Source: Atractiella rhizophila (taxonomy: Eukaryota). From it: 37,061 bases of DNA. Below the pieces are notes generated by a model that saw nothing but the letters and a program-made list of their open reading frames with translations, had not been told where the DNA came from and ran no database searches. A program made the translations under genes and the position numbers. Of the stretch, positions 12,513 through 24,900 are shown one piece after another (the stretch's first letter is position 1; each line of letters begins with the position of its first letter). Location: the NCBI GenBank assembly GCA_021432655.1, contig MU271633.1, positions 1 through 37,061 on the forward strand, read 5' to 3'.

Positions 12513-13521
12513 TTAGCATTTCATGGCATTGAGACATGCGTGGGCAACGTCGTGAAGGGCAAACGGGCAGAGATACGTAAAAGGCAGGCTGTATCTGTAC
12601 TTCCTCTCAACAACTTTCAACAAGTCATCACCGAGCTCTTTGGGCTGCTTTGCTTCGTTATCGTGAAAGCGCTCATCTGACCTTCTGAAATATGTATCTT
12701 TTCCCATCGTTTTTCTGAAACCTCCAAACAGATTTGTCCTCGAAACCAGATCGCCGAAAGATAAGTAGTCCAGGGCGCAGAGGTCTCCCAAATCATCGGA
12801 GTAAATAATCCAAGCATTTGCAATGCGCAATGCAGAACTCGAACCCAGCTGCATACCTTGGTGGGTTTGATCCTATGAGGTCAACCAACCTAGATAAGGC
12901 ATTAGCGAAGGTCTAAAAGTACTTCACTTCTAACTTGACTTCCCTCTTCCGATCAGGTAGAGAGGTCCCGACATTTCTCCACAACCGTTACGATCAGTTG
13001 AAATTCTTGACAGGGTAGTTCAAGTTGGATGTATGCATTGGAGGAGGGGAAGGAACGAGTTGACGTGAATCTGACCATGCCTCTCTGCCGCCCGATGGCA
13101 GAGCAACTCTGATTTTGGCAAGCGACATTCCACATTGATGAGCGATGCGATAATTGATGTCGGGAGCATCGATATCGGCCTCCTCCCAAGGAGGAAGCAG
13201 AGAGTGCCACTGAGTTATGCTTCTCATTCAAGAATTCTTCCACTACCACCGCAATCAATTGAAAATTCTCAATTCCCTGTGGCCTGTTGCGCTGCATTTG
13301 ACAGTTTTGAGCTTTTGATGCATGGCGTGAGGACGGGACCAACAGACATACTGCACTCTGCGAACGCGTCGAATGGTAGGCAGGTCATTTGCAAGTGGGT
13401 GCTTGCCAAATTGAAATACGGCCTGGTTGGGCGCACCGTTTGTTTGTACAATTCTTGCTTTGAGATTTGAAGGACGATGGGCAGCACAACTTGAAGGATC
13501 AAGACGCCGACGCTTTGACAT
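12513..13521 (-). pseudogene. Possible decayed or lineage-specific coding remnant
   Basis: Overlapping protein-like segments lie in different minus-strand frames, with an internally duplicated FQLIxxVVE peptide. I found no consistent splice model. Confidence 0.25.
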
Positions 13522-14246
13522 CAACCTATTTACAGATGCGCATCTGCCAAGTCTCAGCCCATGAATCTTGTAGCTCAAGTCAAGGCAGCAAACTGGGACA
13601 TCTCGGAAGGATTCAGCTTCTGATATGTCGCGATCACTCTTATAGCAAAGGAACTATGCAGCCAGGATACAATCATCGATTATCTAGTAGGATTATGTGC
13701 CTATCAAAATGCTAGCGATCTATGGGTCGCTTTATCGGTCACAGCGATAGTGAGACTGATATTGACGGACACAAAATGGCTTCCCACTTGAGAGACCTTT
13801 AAGTGATATGTAATGCTTTAGCAAAACGGGATGAGGTATTATCACGCTTCTTTTTGAATTCGTGTGTCATCTCTCCCAGGAAGTTTACCTGTTGGATTTT
13901 ATGCTTTGCGTTTCGTGCAACGAACCACAGAATATCGTTATCCAACTGAAATCGATGGAAAACTCACCTGGAATTTGCAAGGCAATCCTTTGTAAATATT
14001 ATAGGGTATTCCGAAGGTAGAAGGATTCTTTGTCAACCCACACTTTGAAATCGAGAGGAATGCGCCTTTCACGACTCTGTAAGTGTTCCCACAAAGGAGT
14101 TAAGTCAAACTGGACTTTATTTTCGCACATGATAAGTATCGATTAACCTCATGTGGCATAGCAAACAATAAATCACGGATGATGATGCTCCCACTTGTCA
14201 ATAGCTATATCCCGTAGATAAATGAAATCCAAGAACGGCGCACCGC

Positions 14247-17015
14247 TTATGTACTCGTTTGGATTCCATATTCCTAGATGGGTCAGGACATTGAGTATAC
14301 GCACCCCAGAACGAAAGCAGGAAACTTACCGCGGTGAGAGACTCGAAGATCACCATCCTCCAAATTTTGATCACGAACTCAGTCGACTCGTCTTCGAGCA
14401 CCTAGATTCAGCCAACGTTTCCATTAAAAGAGCTCCTCAGTTGAACAAAGGGAAGGAGATGCGAACCGGTTCAATCTCTTCCACCAATTCACCAGGCGAT
14501 TTACGGTTGCGAATGTGGTCGACGACAGCAGTGACCAATTCTTCTTCCTCCTACAAGTGATAACGAGCAGCGGTAAATAGCCTGCCTGTAGAAGAAAGAG
14601 ATGACGCACAAGACCAAGATATTCGACTATTTTCTTGCGAGCAAAGGGCTGTAGCTTGTTCGAAATGATGTTCTGCGGAATGAGGGAATTCCGAGAAGGA
14701 GAGACAGTGTCAGCGATCAGGTAGAGCGAGTACTCACGGGCTTCAAGCCATGCATAACCACGAGAATGGAGAGTGAACAGGAGAACAGAGAAGGAGATAC
14801 AATGAGATGACGCAAATAAAGCGACGAGAGCAAGCGCACCTCATATCCCTCAGTTTAATGATGAGGATTCACCAGAATCTAGTACTCGGACAAGAGAAAG
14901 AAAAATGTAAGTGAAAGGTGCGCACCTCATCCAGCATATTCCATTTCATCTGCCAGCTCCACAAGCCTTCTTTATCAGCCGGAATCATATTGACGATCTC
15001 CAAGATTTGTTCCTGACCCTTCTGAATCCTCTTCTCCTCCTCCTCCTCCTCGTCTTCTTCATCCTCCTCATCCGAGTAATTGATTGGCACCAACTGCCTC
15101 TTTTTCTGCGCTGCCTCTTCTTCATCTTCATCCCCTCCAAGGACCCTACGATGCTCCCTGGCCCTCTGCTGTTCTCCCTCTGTAGGTTTGAGACGCGTCA
15201 TTGTAACACCAAGAGAGAGTTTGATAGGTGTCGAATCGTCCAACGAGATGCCCGTCTTCCTCTTATTCTCCGACATTTTGGCAAACATCTCCGCTTGTTT
15301 GTTCAAGAAGTCTTCACTCTCCTTCTTCAACATCTCAAGCTGCATGATCTCCAACTCGCCGTCCTGAGCATCCATGTCCCTCTCTCTCTGCCTAAACGGT
15401 CCACGGATTGCTCTCCACCGCGCGCGGTCAGAATAGAATGTCTCACGACCCTTCTCAATCTCTCGCTCGTCGTCAAAATTCGCCAGCCTCTCACGCATGG
15501 AGACGCGATCCCGATCTTCTTGATCAGCCATCATGGTCTCCCTCTTCCTATCTCGATCCTGCGCGTTCGCTCTTGACCGCTCTCGGTTTTCCCATCTCCT
15601 CTCCCGATCCCTGAACGCCATCTCAAGCTCTCTCCTCCGTCGGTCCAACCGTCGACGCTCTTCGTCTTCATCCGTCGGTTTCGTCGTGGAAATATTTTCG
15701 TCTTGACCCCGTTTAGCAGGAACGAAGCCCATATTGTTCTTCTCGCCTGCTCCCTCTCTCTCCCTATCTGGACTGCCTTTCCTCAATGCCGCACCTCGCG
15801 CACCCCATCCTCTTCCAGGCCCAGTAGGTACACTGTTCTCCCTCGCTCTTCCAGCATCCTCTCCTGACTCCGTCTTCTCTCCCGTATCTGGCCTCGATGG
15901 TTCCCTCACTCTCTGTGGTACCGGATCGGAGGCTCTCACGCCTTGCTTCTCAGCCCTTTTCTCAGCCTCTCTCTTCGCCGCTCTTTCCCTAAAGAAGGCA
16001 ATTTCTCTCGTAATCATTCCCCTGCTCTCCTCTGGCAGATCGTCAGGTCCTAAATCCGCAAGGTGCATGTCGACACGTAGAGGGCGAGGCTGCATATGTA
16101 AGCCGGGAGTACTGGAGGTGGCGACAGGATCGAGGACGGAGAGCAAGTGAGAGAGGTTTGAGCGGATGGAAGCGAGCGCTTCGGTTTGTTCGTCACCTGA
16201 GGGACGAGAAGAGGCATAGGTGTCCAGTCGCGCTCGCACTTTGTCATCGGCTTTTACCTACACCTGCGTTTTTGGCGTTCGGGGAACAAGAGAAAGGACT
16301 AACCATAAGTGTCTTCGTGTCACCGCGCGGTCCTTTCACTTCCGCTCCATTCACGATTTCGAGGCAGCGAAGGACTGTCTCTGGGTCTCCATATTCAACA
16401 AATCCAAATGGCTTGGGGATGCCGTTGGCATCCTTGATCCTTTTTAGGGTGACGACAGGTCCAGCAATCTTCCATGCCAGAAGAACAATCAAAATTCGAT
16501 CCGCTAAGCCGCCACAGTATAATGGAGGAGAAGGAGAATACGTACATTCAGGATCTGTTCCAGCGCACCATCGCTCAGTCCATCCACCACACTCCCGACA
16601 AAAAGCTGAAACCTCTGCTCTGGAGGTATGAGCGCAGCCAAATTCTGTTGTGGAGGCTGTACTTGAGGAGGCACAAAGCCCTGTGGCGTTCCCGGTGCGT
16701 AAGGGATATTGAGATTTGGCGGTGGCGGGAGATTTGGCGCTGCTCCTGGCGCACCAAGGCCTGGACGCATTGGCAGACCGGGAGTGCCAGGCGGATGGCC
16801 GAAGGGAGAACCGGGCATGGGTATAGGCATTGGAGGTGGCATTTGCATGCCATAAGGTGAAGAAATGAAGGGAGGAGGATGGGGACCGGGGGCGGGTGCA
16901 GACGTCGGGAAGTAGGATGCTGGTCTTGTGGTTTGCTGAGAGAATGGAGGAGGAGGATAGCCTGTTCTTCCGTCAGAAGAGTACGTGTTGTAGATAGCAG
17001 CATACCGTTATACAT
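14247..17015 (-). CDS. SNU71: U1 snRNP-associated splicing factor RBM25/Snu71 (Pro-rich, RRM, RE-rich, PWI)
   Basis: Starts with a 10-nt first exon (MYNG|YPPPP). RRM LFVGSV...KPFGFVEYGDP, Arg/Glu-rich middle, and PWI domain IPADKEGLWSWQMKW...KKIVEYLG...FVIKIWRMVIFES. Ends EYGIQTST* at 14247. Confidence 0.9.
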
Positions 17016-17131
17016 CCTTACTCGCTGTTCCTCGCGAGTAGCAATAAGTGGATTCGTTGTAGAAAGTGCAAGTGGAAGTAAGTCGGCGTCTTTCCATTCT
17101 GAGTTCAACAAAAGACCAAAGCAATGAAGCC
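17016..17131. promoter_or_regulatory. Compact bidirectional promoter between RBM25/SNU71 and SEC6
   Basis: Only 116 bp separate the two divergent predicted start codons. Confidence 0.6.
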
Positions 17132-19725
17132 ATGGACTCAAAGGGAAGTGCAGCAGCAGTTATCGCAGAGGTATGGTCTTCATACATGCTCAGGAATCCC
17201 CACAAGAAACACATAGTCTAGTACCTGAAACACCCAGACGATCTCATCAAACTGCCGACTGTGCGAAAGAAGATCCAACGCGAGAAAGCATTGCTGGAGG
17301 TCAAGCTGAAAGAGAGCGCAAAGGTTCAGCTAGATGCTACTAAAGAGGTCTGTACTCTACTACATGCTGTTTCCAAGGGAGAAGACAGAGTAATTTGTGT
17401 TGCAGGGAATCGAACGGCTGGCGAAGGCTAGGTTAGCCATTTCTGGCATCAAAGAAGACTTTGTAGTCATGGGGAGGTTGAGCAAAGAGGAAGTGGATAT
17501 AGAGGGATGGAACATGTTACAGGAGGTCTGCTATTGTTCATTCTCTCTACCTGAAGTGGAAGCTCACCCCACGACTCAGGTCTCCCGAGTTCATCGCAAC
17601 TTCGTGCTAGCTAGTGAGACAACCACAAACCTTCGGAACCTCCAAACACGCATAAAAGCGGTAAAGAAGCTGCTGTCAATCGACCGTGCCGACCCATTAG
17701 GTCCATCTAAGAACCTGCTACAAATCCACTACCAGGTTTCAGAAATGGAAAAGTTCCGGAACGAGACTGTCATGCGGGCAAAGAAGAGCACGCCGGAGGA
17801 GAAGAAGACGTTGGATCGCTATTTTGAGCCGGTGGGAGAGTTGTGAGTCTCTTTTGTGCATCCGGGGCTCATACTAGGGCTGAGGAGAGACAGAATAGAA
17901 GAGTTCGAGGCTCACTATCTTCTATTAGCGGGAAGTATACTAGAAATAGTACGCAAAGGAAACCCAACTGTTGTGATTAAAATTGTCAAGATTGCAGAGG
18001 TGGAAGGTGCGCTAGATGAGAAGAGTGTCACAATCAAATTGTTGCGCAGGCAGAACAATGATGTCAGTACGCTTCTTGTTTCTAAGGGGATCTTTAACCG
18101 CTTGTGCTTGATAGATTGCGGCACGGTTTGACTACATGGAAGCTGCCGCGCGCAATATCAAACGATACCGTGCCAAAGTGCTCGATGCCATCCGCGCTTC
18201 CTGCAAGACAGCCATGGAGCGCAAGTTCGTCTCAAATCGTTCTGACCCGGTTGCATTCCTGGAAGACCTTGCCTGGATGTTCGACGATCTGGAGCTTGTC
18301 CGCGAGTTTCTTGTCGATCGTTTTCCCGCCGATTGGAACATCGAGCAACAATTCGTCAAGGCTTACCATAAGGCTCTGTACGAGTTCTTGAAGAAGTTGA
18401 CGACCGCGGATGGTGGTGTGGATGCGGCTTCTTTGCTTGCGATGAGCCAATTTGCGAAGGAATACAAGAAGTCGATGATCGCTAGTTATGGCAGTGATGA
18501 ATGGATCAAGCCACCCCTTTTCGATGACAAGGCGTCAGAGTTAATGGAAGACTACCTTAACGTGATCGTGAAGAAGATGACGGAATGGACGAACAACCTC
18601 ATGAAGACCGAAACCAAAGCTTTCGGCGATAGAGAGCAGGAGCCCTCGAAGGATGGCGATAACAAGTATTCGCTCACCGGCTCCGTCATCTTTTTCGAGA
18701 TGCTCAATCAGCAGGTCAACCTTGCTCTTGATTCGAATCAGGCACTCACGCTATCCAAAGTCGTGGAATCCAGCAACAAAGTCATGCGCGATCAGCAAAC
18801 GCTCTGGGTCAAGACGCTTGACACCGAGTACAAGGCATACGAGAAAGCTCCTAACACAGTTGCCCCTGGTCTGCCAGAATATACGATGGCCCTCGCAAAT
18901 GATCAAGTGAAGAGTGCCAACTTCGCCGAAGCAATGTCCAATCGACTCGAACCTCTCGTCAGTGAAAAGTACAAGGATCGCATAGCAGATTCAATTAACG
19001 ACGCGATGGATGGATATCTAGATGTCGCGAAGAGGTGTATACAGGTACTCATCGACATACTTTTCAATGACATCAAATCGGCAGTTTCGGATCTTTTCTC
19101 CTCGAAGTGGTATAACGAGTCTCCAATTGAACAAATCGCAGCGACGATCTCGGATTACATGCAGGACTACAAGAACGAACTGAACTCCAATCTCTTTGAT
19201 CTCGCGCTGGACGACGTGATCGACACTTTCTTGGTCAAGTACATTGATGCGATGAGGAAATGTGGAAAGCTCAAGATGCCGCAAGCAATGGATAGGATCA
19301 AAGAGGATGTTAGGAAGATGGTCAAAATGTTTGCCACCTATAAGCCGCCAAAGGAGCTGGAGGAAGACTTCCGGGTGCTCGATTCCATATTGGCTCTCCT
19401 CTCATCATCAAAAACACTCTTCGCGCTGGATTACTATCAAGTTCGTTTTCGCATCTTCTCCCTATATTTGTTTTGAAGTTGACGGTTAACCCTGGTATTT
19501 CAGTTCGCGAAGGAATACGGTCCACAACTCAAATTCGTCGAATCCATCCTGAAGGCGCGAGACGACCTGGACAGGGGATCGACCTCGGACCTGATAGAGA
19601 CTATACGTCGAAAAGCAGAGTCGACCGAGGCTCCTGCAAACCCGACAATTTTCGATCGACTCCCTGCAGCCACCGGTTTGATGGATAGGATTCAGGGACA
19701 GCTTAATGCCAGCACTCCAAAGTAG
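17132..19725 (+). CDS. SEC6: Exocyst subunit Sec6/EXOC3; 7 exons
   Basis: Motifs YLKHPDDLIKL...REKA, NLLQIHY, VIKIVKIAEVE, FPADWNI and YTMALANDQ in a long helical protein. Six GT-AG introns keep the frame; ends ASTPK*. Confidence 0.92.
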
Positions 19726-20247
19726 ATGATTTCTTCATCCCCTGTACTACCATTTGTTGTGCATTGCATCATTTCGTTCACTGTGCATTCTGGACTAATC
19801 AAGAGCGAGCTGTGTCGAATTCAATTCCCTTACACTCCTGCAGTTTTTCAAGGAGCAGCGTGAAGAGTAAAACAATATGCTCCTCACTAGTTCCAGCATA
19901 AAGATGTAGGTAGACATGCTCAATTTGTAGTATGGTGATCATAAATCGGTCCAGCTTGCTTACTCCTTGAGAAGCTGCTTGCTTCCCAAACGAGCAGTCA
20001 CGGACCAGTAGCCCTTCAGTAAACACCCTTGATCGCTTTCGTGGCTATTATCTCTCTCTTCATCACATTTCCCCCTCGCCAGTTTTGTCTGTACTCGCAG
20101 TTTGGAAGTTGGCGTTCAAGTTGATCTTGATCGGTTGTTGATCGCTCTCTGCGTCATTCACATTCATCATTCAAAACGACGAGCCTCTCCCCAATCCTCT
20201 GCAGGATTCATCTCAGGTTGCCCCTCCAGACCAAGTTCCTACCCAAG

Positions 20248-21668
20248 ATGTCAATCTCCAACAAACTCTCAATCACAGATGTCGACCTCAAGGACAAGCG
20301 CGTCCTAATCAGGTAAGGTCCCTCTCTGTTAGCTCGTCCCGACGCTCATAGTCGCATGTGAATGGGTGAAGAGTGGACTTCAACGTTCCACTAAAAGAGG
20401 GAAAGATAACCAACAACGCCCGTATTGTTGCTGCTCTCCCTACCATCAAATATGCCCTCGAGCACGGAGCAAAGAGTCTGATCCTCATGTCTCACCTCGG
20501 CCGCCCCAACGGTTCACCGAACAAGAAATACTCCCTCGCTCCCGTCAAGGACGAGCTTTCCAAGCTACTGGGAAAGCCCGTTACGTTCCTACAGGACTGC
20601 GTGGGGAAGGAGGTAGAGGAGAAGGTGAATGCTGGGCAAGGGGGAGAGGTCTTCCTTCTCGAGAATCTGAGGTTCCATATCGAAGAAGAAGGCAAGGGAG
20701 AGAACGAGAAGGGAGAGAAAGTGAAGGCTGGAAAGGAGGATGTGGAGAAATTCAGGAAAGGATTGACGGCATTGGGAGATGTCTACGTCAACGATGCTTT
20801 TGGCACCGCTCATCGTGCTCATTCTTCCATGGTCGGAGTACAGCTTCCTCAGAAAGCGGCTGGATTTCTTATGAAGAAAGAACTTGATTACTTTGGGAAA
20901 CACATTCTCGAAGATCCCGCCAGACCTTTCCTTGCGATCCTCGGCGGAGCAAAGGTCAAGGACAAAATTCAGCTGATCGACAATCTCCTGGACAAAGTCA
21001 ATTCCCTCATTATTTGCGGTGGCATGGCATTCACGTTCAAGAAGATCTTAGAAGGGAAGGAAATTGGGAAGTCTTTGTTTGATGAAGACGGAGCCAAGCA
21101 AGTCCACACCCTCGTCGAGAAGGCAAAGAAGAATAATGTTTCTGTGACTTTCCCGGTTGATTTCGTTGCCGCTAAAGAATTCAAGGAAGACTCCGAACCT
21201 ATCCCTGTCGGTGATTCTGTACCTGGGGACCTTATGGGATTGGATTGTGGAGAAAAATCGAACGAGCTCTTCGCAAAAGTCATCGGGGAGAGCAAAACTA
21301 TTCTTTGGAATGGACCCGCCGGTGTTTTTGAGTTCGATAACTTCGCGAAGGGCAGCAAGGCCATGTTAGATGCCTGTTTGAAAGCTTGTGAGGAAGGAAA
21401 GACCGTTGTTGTTGGTGGAGGCGATACCGCCACTGTTTGTGCCAGTCCGTCATTCCTCCCTTGCGTTGTGCTCTCAGAATGCTGATGAAACTCTGCAGAA
21501 TATGGCGTTGAGGACAAGCTTAGCCACGTCTCAACTGGTGGTGGAGCGAGCTTGGAGTTGCTCGAAGGCAAGGTTCGTTCATTTCCTTCTGCAAGAACCT
21601 TGGCCGGAAAGCAATCTGACTTTGTCATCTAGGAACTCCCTGGCGTGGTTTATTTATCCGACAAGTAA
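20248..21668 (+). CDS. PGK1: Phosphoglycerate kinase; 4 exons
   Basis: Motifs [75 protein letters not shown] and [21 protein letters not shown]. Confidence 0.98.
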
Positions 21669-21977
21669 ATCAAGTTCGTTTTCTTTGTCTAGCTCCCCTG
21701 GTACTTATTATCTCGGTTAGAAAACGAGCAATGTTGTAAAACAAAATCAATGCTTAGACTTCGGTGTAGACACAGGACTGAACAAATGGAACGAAATGAA
21801 GGAATGTCACTTGTACTACGTATCTACAGCTTTGCACTTTGACACCGGGTATAAGCAAAAAAATGAAGGATATTAGAATGTCCTGTTGTCAAACCAATTT
21901 GTCGAAATAAAAACCCAAATGAAGTCAACGAGCGAGTAGGAATTTCGAAGTGTCCACATAAAAAACGAGTCAATCAA

Positions 21978-24900
21978 TCAACCCTCCTCAGTCGAAACCT
22001 GATTTCTCCATCGATTGACAGTGTCGTTCAATGCCGGATTGTTGAATTCAGGCATCCCCATACTGCCCCCATCCTCGTCATCGGCCATCCTCATGAAATT
22101 AGGAGCCATTGGCATCGGTTGTGGCATCGCCATCCCCCCAAAACCCATACCCATCTGAGGCATCGACATCGACATCGGCATCATAGAGGGATGACCCATT
22201 CCCATTCCCATCCCCACCACCACCATCACAACCACACCCATCCCCATTCCACCCATTCCCATCCCCATCATCGACAGATGCTGATTCTGTTGCATTTGCG
22301 CCATCATCAAAGCCTGAGCTTGAGCCTGGGCGTTCACCATATTAAGGTTGCTCTGTCGCATTACCAGAGGAACGTCATCGTCATCCTCAGAGCGCCCGTG
22401 AGCCATCTTCAGTGCGAGCGGAACATCGTCGTCATCTTCCCCGCCTGTCAAAGGGTGTCTTTGCCCCTCTAATGCGAGCTGTGTGGCACGATAAGCAAGC
22501 GGCTGCTCGTCATCATCCGAATCCTGTCCCTGCATGACAGAACGCGTAGAGTTCGGCTTTTTCGGAGTAGATTTCTTCGGTAGCATAGACAGAGGTACCT
22601 CGTCATCCAAGGAATCATCGTCTTTGGATAGATCGTCCAAGGCGGGAATATTGAGGAATTGTGAGCTGGTGGTGGCTTTTGTCATGCGTTTCTTGTCAGC
22701 GACCTGAGCCAGTGGTACATCATCTGAATCAGATTCATCTCTGTCGTACTGTCGATTTTGTTGCATTTGCAGAGCAGGAGAAGCATGTCCATGATTGGAA
22801 CTCGGGAATGCCTGATAGCTGTTTACAGATATTGCCTTCGACTTTGTTGCCATGTGAGTTGGGCGAGATAGGCTGAGAGGCATGATGGGAGGTGTAGGAG
22901 AGCGTGGATCGGATTGCATGCGAAGGTCTTCTTTTTCGTGGGAATGAGCAGAAGTTTGGTCATCCCTGTCGGCGTCAAACCAAGAGTTCATGTTCTGAGG
23001 AAGTGACTCGACTGTAGGTAACGAAAGGGTAGGAGGGACGAAATGACCCAGAGGAACGTCGTCATCTGAATCTAATCAGAACTACAGTCAGGGAGTCATT
23101 CTTTGATATTATGAAGGATGAGCCAACCATCGTCTTCCTTTTGTCCATTTCCCTCTACTTCCTTCTCCATCGCCTTGCTCTTCCGTCTCAGCTTTTTGGA
23201 ATCCTTTTCTTGTTGCTTTCTCTCCTCTTCTTTCTTCTCCTTCTGCTCCTGAGCTTCGATCAGCTTTAGTTTCTCTAACTCCTTCTGCAGAAAGACATCC
23301 GGGCCAAAAAAGCTTTGAGTTTTCGTCATACCGGGTCTTTTTCCACCATCTGAAGCGGTGGCAAGCCCTGCGCCTGGAGGTGCGAGTGAAGCTGCAATTC
23401 CAGTTTGATCCGAGTTCGTACGGGAAACGAAAAGTCGACTCGGAGTCTGCACCAATCTTATAACGCCTCGTTAACGGACGGAAACTACAGAGATTGCCAT
23501 GCACTCACTTGTTCCGTTCTTTCCGAACCGCATGCCTCCTCTCGATATCGTCCATCAAGCTCCGCCCAAATAACTTCCCCACCGGCCTGCGTTCAACCAT
23601 CAGCGTAGGGGCTTCCTCTCCATCCTCTAGCCGCATTTCTTCTTCAATCACTACCCAATCCGACTCATCCAAATCCTCCCCATTCTCGATCTTTTTTCGG
23701 ACTCTGTATCTGGGATCCAACGGTTCTGGTAAGACTAGAATCTTTGGCCGAAGGCTCTCTTTGAACCGTGGACGATCTTCGATTTCTCTTTGCATTTCCT
23801 CCAGATGTTTGGGGTCCAGGCGTGAAGAATAAGAAAGACGTTTCATGTCCGGAGTCATATTATCACGTTCTGGGTCGTCTTCGAGATTAGCTCGAAGGGA
23901 GGCACGGCTGACTGGCCGTGGAGCCATGGATGGAGGGAGAGCAGCTTCTTCGGCAGTCAGAGGTTCGATATCTGATTTTGTTCGTTTGCGAGAACCTGAT
24001 GAAAGATCTCGGAGCATGACAGACGAAGAGAAGGAATGCACAGGCTTATGCACGGATCTTGATGCCAGGAACGATGGGGTTGTACCAGCATTCAACATCG
24101 ACATAGCATTCATTGAGACCGCGCGATTTCTGTCGTGATCTTTCCGCTCCTTTTTGAGATCTGCAAACCAATCATGATTCTCTTCTGCCGCTGGTTGGCC
24201 CAAAGGAAAGGTCAAAAAGCTGGTTGTGAGCGGCCCAGCTGATGCAGCGATCTTCGGATCAAAATCGTCGAGAGCCACAGATTTAGGCCGTCCACGATTT
24301 AGGACACTACCCGTTCCCGCTGAGGGAGATACGACGCCAGTTGAGGAGGTCCTTGCTCTTGCAGGGACCGAGACAAAAAGGTCATCAAGGGCCACAGATT
24401 TTGGACGACCGCGTGAGAGCAAGCTCGCACGGTTGTCCTCTGGCTGGGTGGAAACACTCCCCATAGGAACTGAAAGGGAATGGGAAACTTCGTTGAAAAC
24501 TGATCGAGGTCGTGGACGATCCAAAACGCTCGCGCTCCCAAGGCTCCTACTCCGTGCTCTTCTGAGCGAAGGGCTCTCAGTCTCCTTCAGCGGGGTAGTG
24601 GCGATCTCTCCTTTCAATGCCGCGATTTTAGCTTTGATCCTCTCGAGTTCGGTGAAACCATCACCCTCCTCCTTTCTCAGAACCTCGATGTCTTCGGATA
24701 CTTCAAAGGAACTCTTTGGACGACCTCGGTTAAGAACGCTGCTTCTCTCCTTGTCGGGACTCGACTCTCTCTTTCGGAACGCTGCCAACTCTTCCATAAC
24801 CTCCCTCCTGCCTGTGTCCAGAGAAACAGCACGGTGATGCTCTTCCTCCCTTTCAGCTGCTTCATGTTGCCCCTGTGGTCTTTCTCCCCTCCTGTACCTC

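Noticed and set aside
13711..13750. Two small hairpins next to CTAG, reminiscent of a Helitron 3' end
   Set aside because: The stems are only 5-7 bp, the spacing and flanking base do not fit, and no Rep/helicase sequence is nearby.
14911..16150. Long plus-strand ORFs antisense to RBM25 (similar cases at 20969-21628 and 24226-24837)
   Set aside because: They are shadows of biased codon usage on the opposite strand and carry no independent motifs.
21666..21692. Stop-codon readthrough of PGK1 as a route to PTS1
   Set aside because: The stop is TAA-ATC, not the leaky TGA-CTA context, and the extension ends FFV, which is not PTS1-like.
22119..22472. His-rich 117-aa ORF resembling a metal-binding protein
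   Set aside because: It is the antisense reading of the Gly/Met (ATG/GGN) tract of the minus-strand gene.
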